A stretch of DNA of 64,000 nt from Heptranchias perlo (lineage: Eukaryota). The translations under genes were made by a program, and so were the position numbers. This document shows, in pieces, positions 12,921 to 24,419 of this stretch (position 1 is the first letter of the stretch; every line of letters starts with the position of its first letter). The stretch spans positions 5,766,001-5,830,000 of the forward strand of contig NC_090363.1 in the NCBI RefSeq assembly GCF_035084215.1, given 5' to 3'. Under the pieces are notes generated by a model. That model was not told the origin of the DNA, searched no databases, and saw only the letters and a list, made by a program, of their open reading frames with translations.

Positions 12921-13325
12921 TAAGGTGAGTGGTGATGTACATTCCCCTTTAAGGCAGGGAAGGTGAGTGGTGATGTACATTCCCCTTTAAGGCAGGGAAG
13001 GTGAGTGGTGATGTACATTCCCCTTTAAGGCAGGGAAGGTGAGTGGTGATGTACATTCCCCTTTAAGGCAGGGAAGGTGAGTGGTGATGTACATTCCCCT
13101 TTAAGGCAGGGAAGGTGAGTGGTGATGCACATTCCCCTTTAAGGCAGGGAAGGTGAGTGGTGATGCACATTCCCCTTTAAGACAGGGAAGGTGAGTGGTG
13201 ATATGGATGCACAGTTCCCCTTTAAGCCAGGGAGGGTGAGTGGTGATATGGATGCACAGTTCCCCTTTAAGCCAGGGAGGGTGAGTGGTGATATGGATGC
13301 ACAGTTCCCCTTTAAGCCAGGGAGT
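12921..13325 (+). repeat. Minisatellite, 7 x 38 bp followed by 3 x 45 bp
   Basis: Unit AGGTGAGTGGTGATGTACATTCCCCTTTAAGGCAGGGA and a longer variant. Confidence 0.95.
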
Positions 13326-15324
13326 GGTAGAAAACTGCACAAGTCTGCGAAGGGGTTTTCCCCAAATGCAACATCAACACTTGCTGGTGGGAGAACAGCA
13401 CTGCAAGGACATCAGAACAGGGAGGGGCCCATTTAAAAGGAGCTCCGAGAAACCAAGTTTACAAGTAAACTCCCCCGCCCCCCAAGTTTACCCTGTGCAG
13501 CATCAGCAGCAGCAGCAGCCCACTGTGTTCCCCAGGTCCGCCCTCTTATCAGACACGAGGGACGGGCTGGGCATGTTTTTAGTTTTCAGCATAAATTAAC
13601 TGCAAGCTGTGACCCAGGCAGTGTTCAATTAACACCACAGCTGCAACGTGTCTGCATTTTAGATTTAATTCTTCACAGATGTTATAACGCTTTGTGGAAA
13701 CGTGGTGACACGTCGGGAGTCTTTCTGTCTTTTTCTATTTCTTTGCTCTCGCTCTCTTTCTTTCTCCCCCCGCCCCCCTGAAAATTTCGCAAACTCATTT
13801 CACATTGAACCCTTGCAGCCGACATACAGAGATTGCAAGGGCAGTATCTGACTCTCTGCACCACCCAAGCACTCTGTGAAATCTCTGGGGCTTCTACTCC
13901 TCCTCCTCTGTGTTGTGAAACTTTGTTCCAATGTTGAAGCTAGTTATTTGAGTCTGTCTTGCAGTGAAAACTCCCTTTTCTTCTTGTCCACTGCCCCCTC
14001 CCCCCAACTTGTTCAAAGTGGTCGGAGCCGGTTGAGGCCTGAGTGATGGCGCGATGCCCGCTTAATACCTGACGTGGTGGGCAAATAGGTGGATAAACCT
14101 CTGTAAAACAGCTGGAGACAGGGCCCATCTCATCACTGAGTGGTAGCTGTGCAGATTTTATACCTAAACTGCCCACAATCGTTTGCAAGGCCCGTGATAC
14201 CATTGAGCTGCTGCTAAATGCCGTTGCTAAGGAGATAGGCCCAATCTAACCCTAGTAACCAGTGTTTTTTTTTTGTTGCATGATTTAACGGCTATACTTT
14301 GTGTTTTTTAAGATTGAGCTATCTGGGTATGTGATTAGATTTTTAAACTTTTTTTTTTCCCCCTCTTGATTTTGGGCCATTGGACGTATCTGGTGAGCTG
14401 AGTTTTTATATAAACATAAGTCTGCCACCATTTTGTGCCTGGCTTCAGTCTCTGTAGAATCAGCAGTGAATAATGGGGGTTGCACGTAAGATTTTGCAAA
14501 TCAGATACTTTCTTATCAGCTGTTTAGAGAGAGGCTGAAGCCAGCAGAGGAAAAAAAAATCTCACAGCTGCTTCCATTTAGGTGTCCCTGGACTTGCCTG
14601 AGCGGCTGCATTATCCTCGAGCCCTGGCTGGAAAGTTTTAAAATCTTTTTGAAGCAGGGGGTTTTAAAAAGAAAACCTTGAAATACTCTGCAAGGAAAGA
14701 ACTTGTGTTTATACAGTGCGAACCCGATGGCCGTTAAGCGCTTTGGGACAATGAAGTACTTCTGAAGTGTAGTCACTGTTGTAATGTAGGAAACGCGGCT
14801 GCCAATTTGCGCACAGCAAGATCCCACGAGCAGCAATGAGATAATGACCAAATGATCTGTTTTAGGTGTTGGTTGAGGGATGAATATTGGCCAGGACACC
14901 GCGGCGAACTCTCCTGCTCTTCAAAACAGTGCCGTGGGATCTTTTATGTCCACCTGAGGGCAGTTGGGGGGGCCTCGTTTCCCTCCTCGCTGAACAGTGC
15001 TGGCTACTCTTTGATGTCTTGTTGCAATCGCCTTACATGCGGGCTTGCTGGACCATGTTTCTTTGTGTCTGGCCATGGGACATTGACCGAATTGGGATCC
15101 AGTTAGCTTCCCTTCCATTTGCTCACTCCAGCAGAAGGGGACAATGGGAATCTATCAGGAGGAAGTGTTATTCCATCTGCCATACAACAAGTGAGAGAGC
15201 CCAATTGAAGTAGAATTATTTAATGGCATGATTGCTTTTTTTTAAAAAACGTTTTTTTTTTTGGGCCCTATTCCTGTGGGGAAGTATCTAGCCTTCATTT
15301 GGCAATTGGCCATAAGGATGTAAA

Positions 15325-15750
15325 CTTGAGCTCATCCAAAACTCTGCTGCCCGTATCCTAACTCGCACCAAGTTCCATTCACCCATCACCCCTGGGCTCA
15401 CTAACCCTACAATGGCTCCCAGTCTGGCAACGCCTCAATTTCAAAATTCTCATTCTTGTTTTCAAATCCCCTCTATGGCCTCACCCCTCCTTCCACCCTC
15501 CGAGATCTCTGCACTCCTCCAATTCTGGCCTCTTGCGCATCCCCAATTTTCTTCGCCCCACCATTGGCGGCCGTGCCTTCAGCTGCCTCGGCCCTAAGCT
15601 CTGGAATTCCCTCCCTAAACCTCTCTGCCCCTCTCAGGCTTTGGTTACCTGTCCTAATATCTTTTTTGTGGAGTGATGTCAAACTTTGGCATAGCACAGC
15701 ACCTTGGGATGCTTTACTACATTAAAGGCGCTATATAAATGCAAATTATT
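15325..15750 (+). mobile_element. L2 LINE 3' end
   Basis: Paralogous to 1255-1682. Confidence 0.8.
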
Positions 15751-15873
15751 GTTGAGGAAAGGGACATCAGGTGCTCATTGTGCTGCGAATTCCCGTGTTC
15801 CTGCCAGTGACTTGTTTGCGGACGGTTTGTAACCACTGCCTTTTAACTGGCTTCTTCCATCTTCGTTTTTCAG

Positions 15874-15990
15874 GCCTTCAAGAAGCTTCCGGATTACACG
15901 CTGATCCCGTCCGCCTGCACAGAAGTGGCGAAACTGGGGGCAGCCCTGAGCTCCTGTTCGATTCTAATCAACAAGAAGTATGAGTTCTAG
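15874..15990 (+). CDS. DDAH2: DDAH2 last coding exon (AFKKLPDYTLIPSACTEVAKLGAALSSCSILINKKYEF*)
   Basis: tttcag acceptor; frame continues from the previous exon to TAG at 15988-15990; C-terminal DDAH motif. Confidence 0.92.
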   Translation, partial: AFKKLPDYTLIPSACTEVAKLGAALSSCSILINKKYEF

Positions 15991-16653
15991 AATCGACTGG
16001 CCTCTTTCCCCTTTCTTCCCCAACCCCCCCCTCCCCCCAAGCCTTAACTCCACAGTTGAATAGAATAGAAATGGCTCTGATTTGATGGATCCCAGGGATA
16101 TGCTGAATACACTGGAATGTTTGAATCAGGAAGCCCCCAGTGAAGTCTGATTCCTTCACGTAGTCGAGATTGAGAGGTTGTTTTCAGCGCCCAACCTGCA
16201 GCAGACTGGAGTTTGAGCCCAGCAAAGCTTTGTTGTAGCAGAGGGAAGCTCAAGATGGAGGTGAGTACCAGCGACACCTAGGGGTAGAACATCAGCATTA
16301 CTGCAGCCGCACTGGATCAGCCGTTTGTCCAATTCCGATGCCTCTGATCGACTGGGAGACTGAAGGCTCTGCTCAGGGAAGCAGACATTCCCTTCTCCAC
16401 TTCCCCACCCAATGTTCCACAAAGGGAATGGGTGTGATCATCTCCTCTCGATCCCTGAAATCCTGGCACCAATCCTAGATTTGGACCTCCTTGTGTGTGT
16501 TTCTGGGATGTGTGTTTGGTTTGCGATCTGGATACCCATGAAGAGCTGGAAACTTTGAGCGAGATGTCTCTCATTGCAAAAACTTGACCCTATCCAATTC
16601 TGTGCATCGATCTGACCCACATGTCCAAGGAACAGACCCAGATATAGCTCTAG

Positions 16654-16687
<34 letters not shown>

Positions 16688-17700
16688 CCCGTTTGACCCC
16701 AAATTTTTTGGTCCTTTCGTGTTAAAATGCCCAAGGCTCCAGTATTCAATGCCTTTTTTGTTTCCTGGTTTTCCTCTTGCATTTACCCTGCGGCTGGTCG
16801 GACATAATCTGGGTTACATATCGAGGGAGGAAGAGAGAGAATATCAAATTCCTGAAACTAGGAGTCATCCCAAACCCAGATGTGGTCAAGCACAGTTTGA
16901 CTCAGTCCAGTGACACTGCATCGAAACCCTGGAGGGGGGGTGGGAAGAAGGGGAAAGAACTTCAAAATTAACATGTTCTCGCATTCTGGAAGCTTCCTGA
17001 GGAACGCACAGAAAATGTCCAAGTGTTCCTTTTTTAAAATGTATTAGTCATTCAGCAGATTGTTCATCTCACTTTTTTTATATTTGGCCAAAAATAAAAT
17101 GTACGAGGGTGGTAAAAGTCACTTCAAATCAGTTTGTGCCTTTTGGAAATTTTGTAAGATTTCCCATTTCTAGGGCGGGAAAAGAGGGAGAGAGTCTTGT
17201 GATGCTTAGTTCCAGCAGGAAATATCCTCCGGTGATTACTAGCAGACGACTGTTCCACACACACTCTCGTGTGACATTGCTGTCCCTATTATTTAAATAT
17301 GCTTTGTATTTTAAGCAGGTTTGCTCCTGCGCTAAAATAGTGGACAGAGATGCGGCAATCTGGTTTTTCCCCCTCACCCCTTCCCCAATCGCAATGCTCC
17401 TAAAAGCAAATGAACAGTGTAAGGGGTTTGGAGGGGATCAAACCATTAGTCTATAAGAGGGGCAGCCACCTCTTAAATATAGATTTATCAACTTAAATCA
17501 AGAATTATTACACTTGGTGTATATTTTCAGATTGCTGTGGTGTACAACTGGTTTAAATGAAAATTGGGCAGTTTCTAAAAACGAGCAGCTGAGCGGCAAT
17601 GCCGGTCTTGCACCCAGTTGGAAAGTTGAAAATCTGCCCCCTCACTCTGTGGCTCAAATTTGGGGTTGATGGGGTAAGAAGTGCCCTCTGTTCCCAGTGC

Positions 17701-17720
17701 TGCCGGCAGATGGCGCTGTT
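17701..17720 (+). promoter_or_regulatory. CTCF-like motif
   Basis: TGCCGGCAGATGGCGCTGTT fits the CCASYAGRKGGCRS-type core. Confidence 0.5.
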
Positions 17721-18260
17721 GTTCAATGTAACCGCTTCAAAATTGTCACTTTGTGCAACAGCACCGCCTAGAGTTAGAAAATAGTATTACAGAAAGAGCC
17801 CAATTGTTCTGCCCCCTCACTTTGACTCCTTTAAATGGAGAGTATTGACTTGTTTTTAATCAACGCTATTGCAAAGCAATTAGCATCTGAGAAAATGTCC
17901 TTTTTCAAAAAAAAGCAATCTAGTGCACCCATTAACTCTGCCAAGCTGCTGCACGTGTCGTGTTTCTCAAACAATAAAATGTTTGAGAATATTCTTGGTT
18001 TCTACATATGATGAAGAAAGGTGGAAACGTTTTGAGTTGCTCGTATTCGGTGTAAAGAGAACAGTTTGCAGTATAAATGGAACTTTCATGTTTGAGTCTT
18101 TGCAACAGCGGTGACTCGGGTCGTTGAGATATGAAAATTGGGCCGCTTCTATAACGGGTAGCTGATCTGCAACGCCGGTTTTACACCCAGGCGGAAAGTT
18201 GAAAATCTACCCCCTGAATTTGGGGTTGATGGGGTAAGAAGTGCCCTGTGTTGCCAGTGT

Positions 18261-18280
18261 TGCTAGCAGATGGCGCTGTT
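18261..18280 (+). promoter_or_regulatory. CTCF-like motif (duplicated copy)
   Basis: TGCTAGCAGATGGCGCTGTT inside a ~100-bp duplicate of 17620-17732. Confidence 0.5.
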
Positions 18281-18922
18281 GCTCCGTGTAACAACGTCCT
18301 GTTAGAATATTTTGCAACAGTAACTCTGCTAAGGTGACATTCTCTGCACCAGATAACTATTGGCAGAGTTCACTGGGCCTTTCATTTCAGCCCAAGTGGC
18401 ACTGGGCAAGCGAGTATTGACTGGCTCACGGGTCCTTTTCCAGCAGGGGCCGCTGCATAGTGACTGGCTCATTTATGGTCCCCAATTCTCCCCCCTCAAA
18501 TCTGGGGTCAGTTCGACCAATTGCAGAGCCCCCAACTAGTGCGATCAGTGTGGAGAAACATGGTTATCACAACCTTTACATTTATCCATAAATGATAGTG
18601 ACACAAGTACATTGAAGGACTGGCTGTCTCCTTCCTCCCCAGATGAAATGTAAAACTGAGTAAATAATTCTTTTGAGGGCCGTGTCCGTTTTACAAAGTG
18701 TCTGTACTAACAGCGGTTCGTTGTATCGTGCTGCCTTGAGTCTGTCCATGCCTGTGCCCTTGATGCAGCCTGATCCAGTTCCCGTTCCAGTGTGTTACCT
18801 CGTCCCTCCCTGGATTGGGATCACGTATTACAGAAGAGCCAGATCATTTGGTGCTTTACTGTGATTGCCTGAAATCCTGGTTTTTGTACCGCGTCTCCTT
18901 TGTAAACAGCTCTTCTGATTTT

Positions 18923-18947
18923 AATAAATTTGAGAATCTGCATTAAA
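18923..18947 (+). terminator. Candidate DDAH2 polyadenylation signals (AATAAA 18923, ATTAAA 18942)
   Basis: Two hexamers followed by a GT-rich tract, with repeat DNA starting just after; other AATAAA at ~17093 and ~17973. Confidence 0.45.
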
Positions 18948-18989
18948 AGTCTACCCTGGGCTGCTTAGTTTCTTGTATGGTGTATGCAA

Positions 18990-19520
18990 TACAGGAGTAG
19001 CTCACCAGCCCCTCCAGGCTGTTCTGCCACTCAAATAGATCATGGGTGTTACCTTCCTTGGTACCATATCCCTTAATGCCCTTACCTAATAAAAAATCAA
19101 GCTTAGTTTTAACATTTTCACTTGCTGCCTAGCCTCAAGAGCTGTTTGGGAGCGTTTCCTTTTTGTGCAAAGGAAGTTCTTCCTGACATCACCCCCGGAT
19201 GGCCTATCTCTAATTTTATTGTGATTTTTTTTTTTCTGCATTTCCCCCACCAGAGGAAACATTGTTTTTCAATCTACCTTATCCTATCAAATCCTTCATA
19301 AACACCTGAATTAGATCACCCTTAATCTTCTATACTCGTGGGAATACAAGCCTAGTCTCTGTAACCAGTCCATATAATTTAGGCCTGGTACCATTCTGGT
19401 GAATCTGCACTGCACCCCCTCCCAAGACCAATATATCCCTTGGGCAGTGCCCAGAACTGAGTGCTGTACTGCAGATGTGGGCTAACCAGAACTTTATATA
19501 ACTGGCATAACTTCAACACA
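18990..19520 (-). mobile_element. Old CR1 3' fragment
   Basis: Similar to the other CR1 3' ends in the window. Confidence 0.7.
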
Positions 19521-19951
19521 GCCCCCTTGGCTTCTGTGAAGTGTCTTCTTCACAGGTCAAAAACCTATGTACTTTCTATGTAGCTCATGTTTGTTATGGG
19601 GATAAAGACATGTCCTAGTAAATTATTCAATGGACCAATGTGCTCTTTAATTGTTTTTCGATTGCTTGTATAAAGGATAAATATTGGCCAGGGCACCTGG
19701 GCAAGCTCCCCTGCTTGTCTTCGAAATAGCTCCATGGGATCTTCTACGTCCACCTGAGGGGGAAGACGGGGCCCTGATTTAATGATTCATCCAAAAGACA
19801 GCAGCCTCCCCTCGCCACTACAGTGAAGTGTTAGCCTAGATTTTGTGCTCAAGTCTCTGGAGTGGGGCTCAAATCCACAATCTTCTGACTCCATGTGCTA
19901 TCACTGAGCCATGGCTAACCACCTGTGTGGCATCTTGAAAAGAAACATTAA

Positions 19952-20194
19952 GGGTGTCATTTTAACCCCCAAGAATGGGTGGGTTGGGGGTGGGTGGGAG
20001 TTGACAATAGATGTTTTCTTGGGTCGCAACTGCAAAATTTTCAGACTTTGCATTCCCAGTGGGAAGCCTGTACTTTTACGCGCCCAAGTTAAACCCGGAA
20101 ATAAAGCCAGGTTGTGGTCGCGACCCAAAAAACAATTATTTTCAACTCCCACCCGCCCCCAAACCACCTATTCTTGGGGGTTAAAATCACCCCG
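19952..20194. mobile_element. MITE copy flanked by TAA/TAA
   Basis: Same TIRs; possible 3-bp TSD. Confidence 0.85.
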
Positions 20195-21729
20195 TAAATG
20201 TCCAAGTTCGTCATCCACTATATGGCCTCCAGTCATATGATGTGAATAGAAGCTATTCCACTAGGGAAGGATCTTAGCGAGTAATTTTCCACTTACACCC
20301 TCATGGTGCAGACCCATGCATATTGGGAGATCAGTTTGGTAAGGCTCATGGAAAATTAATGGATGGAAAATATCAGCAAACACGTGCTCAACGGGTGAAG
20401 CTCCACATTGGAAATCCATAAGTGAAAAATTAAATTTCTAGGCTAAAACATACTGTCAGCCCTTCACACTCAACACCACCACTTCATCCCCTTCCCTATA
20501 AGGTACTTGTTTTTTTTCATTTCCTTAATGCTCATTGAAATCTCATTTCACAATTTTCTGTTTCACCTGTTGTAACATCTCTTGCTTTACTTTGGTGTAC
20601 TTTCCCAGCCTATCTCATTTCCTCCTTCTTTGCAGTCTCTCATAGTTTCCCCTTTCACTGTTACTAATCTCCCTGGACATGACGGCGAGCAGAAGATGAG
20701 AGCCCTGGCGAGGTACTAGCATCTGATCGGAGTGGAGTGGTGACTTCCCTCCACCATCAGGTGAGGGTTTACACCTCCAGTGCTGAGGTGGAATATTTAC
20801 CTGTAAGTTCCCAATTTCCAGCATATTGCCAACTCCCATACCTCACAGCCTTACCCCTCTCCACTTTAAGTTGTTGTGCACAATTTTCCATCCATTGAAA
20901 TTAATGGATGGAAAATTGCAGGCAGTGTTCTCATCGCTTTCTGATCTGTCCTTGTAGTGGGCAAGAAATTGGTAAATTTGCCCTATGGCGTCCACTTCAG
21001 TGTCCGTCTCTGGTAACCTAATTCACAACATATTATCTTTTAGGTGAAAAGGTTCCACCCGACTTCCTTTCTTACACATAGGGGGCAATTTTAACCTAAC
21101 CTGCCCATTGGGAAACTGACAGGATCAGGAGCAATGTTGATTTTACACCACATTCTATTTTACTCTCCATTGAAGTCAATGAGAAAGTTTTGTGAAGATC
21201 AGAACTAAAGCATCTGCAATTTTCTCACCTTTTAATTGCCGGGGGTGGAAAACATCAAATCATGGAGATTTGTCAATCTTCAGTCTCGCTATTTTCTCCA
21301 TTACCAATTTTGTAACTTATATTAAATCTAGTAAGTTCCTCCCCTTGATTCTAATTTTTCTAGTGTGCTATCCTCGTCTATGGGTCAGGATCTGGTTCTG
21401 CTCCTGTTGTCTGAACTTCACCGAATGCTCAGCCTAAACCATTATATTTTCACAGAATGCAACAGGGTGTTTAAACCATTAAGGCCATTTTCCCCACACC
21501 ATCTTGTATTTGATTTTGTACACTTGTTAAAATTTTAATTAAAAGGCTTAAGAGACATTTCCAAGAATTCATACATGCACTGTATACACATCTACGTACA
21601 GGGATTTAGTTGCATTAAGATTGTCATATCCACGTCAATGTGAAGTAATTATGGGTCATAATATAGCTCTGCAGTCAGATCCTAATCTGACTTCAGAATG
21701 CAATGAATCAAAAAGGATAAGAAGGAAGA

Positions 21730-22135
21730 AATGCTTGCATTTATACAGTGCCTGTCATGACTTCAGGACATCCGAAAGTGCTTTACAACCGATGAAGTAC
21801 TTTTGAAGTATAGTCACTGTTGTAATGTAGGGAAACGTGGCAGCTAATTTTGCACACAGCAAGATTCCCCAAACAGCAATGTTTTAGGTGTAGTTTGAGG
21901 GATAAATATTGGCCAGGACACTGGGGAGAACACCCCTACTCTTCGAAATAGTGACGTGAGAGGGCAGACGGGGCCTCAGTTTAACGTCTCATCCGAAGGA
22001 CAGCATCTCCCACAGTGCAGCATTCCCTCAGGACTGCACTGAAGTCTCAGCCTGGAGTTTGTGCTCACATCTCTGGAGTAAGACTTGAACCCACTACCGT
22101 TTGACTCAGAGGCAACAGTGCTGCCAACTGAAACA
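21730..22135 (-). mobile_element. SINE (same family)
   Basis: Reverse complement of 4148-4590. Confidence 0.8.
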
Positions 22136-22926
22136 TGACTTTGCACAACCAGGGTGGTGTGAAGACAGGTTAAAAAAAGTTCTCAGGTTATCACTTGAAC
22201 CTTCTAGATGCTTTATAAACTTATTGGGAAATCATTTTAATATTAGGAAAAAGCATTCTTACAGTAGTAAGATACCAGCAGGAGAACTCTGGTAAGCAGG
22301 AATGAGCAGAGCCCCTTGCTAGGGATAACTGGCAGTATAACTTTGCCAGTTGTGATTTGCATTTTACAGCTACCAATCTCAAACATGTAATATGGTATAA
22401 TTGCAGCCTCAAATATTTCTGACAGCACACTTTGCTTCTCGGCATGTGAATAAGTAAAGATCTTCCAGCCATTGCATTTCCATGTTCTTTGACTGTTTCA
22501 AAATTAATGAACATTGACAAGCTATGGGTTAATGAGCATGTAAACCATTCATGCATAAACATAACCAGATATATGTATAACCATAAACCACTTCCAGCAG
22601 TTTCCCTGCCAATCAAACCCATTCCTTATCATTATGTGAATAATGGGGCAGAAAATTGGGCACTTGAGGGTAATCACAAGACAGCAGAGGGGAAGATGAT
22701 TTAACCTGGTCTAGAGAAATGGGAAACTTGAACTTTTAGAACACTTATGTTATGGGGACGCAGAAATTCTACATCTTAGGTTGATGATATCATTAACATA
22801 CGACACCTGAGGAAGTCTCTTTGGGAAAGTACCAGCATTCCATTCTACCAAAGGCCCTGCTGTACTATGAAACAGGGAATAACTACACACATTTTTAAAG
22901 CAGCTGAACAGTTAAGAAAAGAGAGA

Positions 22927-23346
22927 CTTGCATTTAAATAGCGCCTTTCACAACCCCAGGACGTCCTTCGGTGCTTTATAGCCAATTAAGTACTTTTTTT
23001 TGAAGTGTAGTCACTATTATAATGTAGGAAACGCAGCAGCCAATTTCTGCACTGCAAGGTCCCACAAACAGCAATGCAATGATGACCAGATAATCTGTTT
23101 CCGTGGTGTTGGTTGAGGGATAAATGTTGGCCAGGACACCGGGGAGAACTCCCTTGTTCTTCTTCGAATAGTGCCGTGAGATTCAGCTTAGCGCCTCATC
23201 CAAAAGATGGCACCTCCGACAGTGCAGCACTCCCTCAGTACTGGAGAGTCAGCCTAGATTATGTGCTCAAATCTCTGGAGTGGGACTTGAACGCATGACC
23301 TTCTCGGCTCAGGGGTGAAAGTGCTGCCAACTGAGTCACAGCTGAC
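22927..23346 (-). mobile_element. SINE (same family)
   Basis: Reverse complement of 4148-4590. Confidence 0.85.
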
Positions 23347-23570
23347 ATTACCACTAGTACTAATCATGATACGACATTCAAAAAACGGGAAAGTGTATCT
23401 TAGGAGTATTTCTTAATAATTTCTGCATCCCAGATTAAAATTGTTACAGTATTCAAGGATAAAGTTTAGATACAAATCGCCCAAGTATTAAGGACCGTAT
23501 AATATCACTCAAGCTCTCCTTCGTGGACGCGTTCACTTTGGCCCACAGTCTTCCTACAGCGTTTATGGTC

Positions 23571-23720
23571 TTATTGGAATGTGGAAAGGACCTCGCAGAG
23601 AGGCTGGTTTGAAGGGATTGACTGTCTGCTGAACCTCGATGCGTTGACTGTGCTGTAGTCAGGAAAGGAGACATCACTGTTGAGTGGCAGAGTGCTATAT
23701 CTGGGATCAGAAGGTGTTGC
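23571..23720 (-). CDS. NCR3: Gene A last exon (ATPSDPRYSTLPLNSDVSFPDYSTVNASRFSRQSIPSNQPLCEVLSTFQ*)
   Basis: tcttag acceptor, phase 0, TAA; two YxxL/V motifs; summed CDS 780 nt stays in frame. Confidence 0.68.
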   Translation of the reverse strand, partial: ATPSDPRYSTLPLNSDVSFPDYSTVNASRFSRQSIPSNQPLCEVLSTFQ

Positions 23721-23934
23721 CTAAGAGTTACAATTAAAAATAAAATCACATTCTTTTTCACCGATTCTATTTGCATTTGTTCAGACTATAATTTTCTTTT
23801 ACTGTTTAGAGTGAGAAATATCAATCAGAGAGAATGAATTTGTTGAGGTGAAAAATCAAAAACGTTTCATTTTTTAAAAAAAATCAGCCCCGTGGTCCAA
23901 AAGATTTAAAAATGACATTGAGGACTTTAAATTA

Positions 23935-24220
23935 AGACTTGCATTTATATAGCGCCTTTCACGACCTCAGGAAGTCCCAAAGCGCTTTGCAGCCAATTAA
24001 GTACTTTCGAATTGTAGCCACTGTTGTCGTGTGTGAAATGCGGCAGCCAATTTGTGCGCAGCAAGCTCCCACAAACAGCAATGAGATAATGACCAGATAA
24101 TAGGGGTGAAATTGGGCAGGGATGCAGAACAGGCGGAATCGCATTTGCTCACTGCTACACGACACGCACTGCAGTGTAAGCTTAGATTATGTGCTCGACT
24201 CCAGAGTGGGCCTTGAACTC
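23935..24220 (-). mobile_element. SINE (same family, partial)
   Basis: Tail and core present. Confidence 0.75.
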
Positions 24221-24378
24221 AAAGGCGGCATTTTTAAGCTAAGGCGCCTGCCGGGATGCTGACGGGATCGGGTGCAAGAGTCTTATGACAGAGAGGCAAC
24301 AGTTTTACCAGATCTAATCTGCAAGACGATAGTAATTTTTTTAACTAACAATAAAACTAACAATAAAAATGATCTTAC

Positions 24379-24419
24379 TGACTCCTGATTCGGTAGTGAC
24401 ACCTGAAGTTCAATTATTT
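24379..24419 (-). CDS. NCR3: Gene A cytoplasmic exon (EIIELQVSLPNQES)
   Basis: ttccag/gtaaga; 41 nt, phase 1->0. Confidence 0.62.

Noticed and set aside
9797-13325. Tandem arrays as CRISPR
   Set aside because: No unique spacers, vertebrate intronic context, no cas genes
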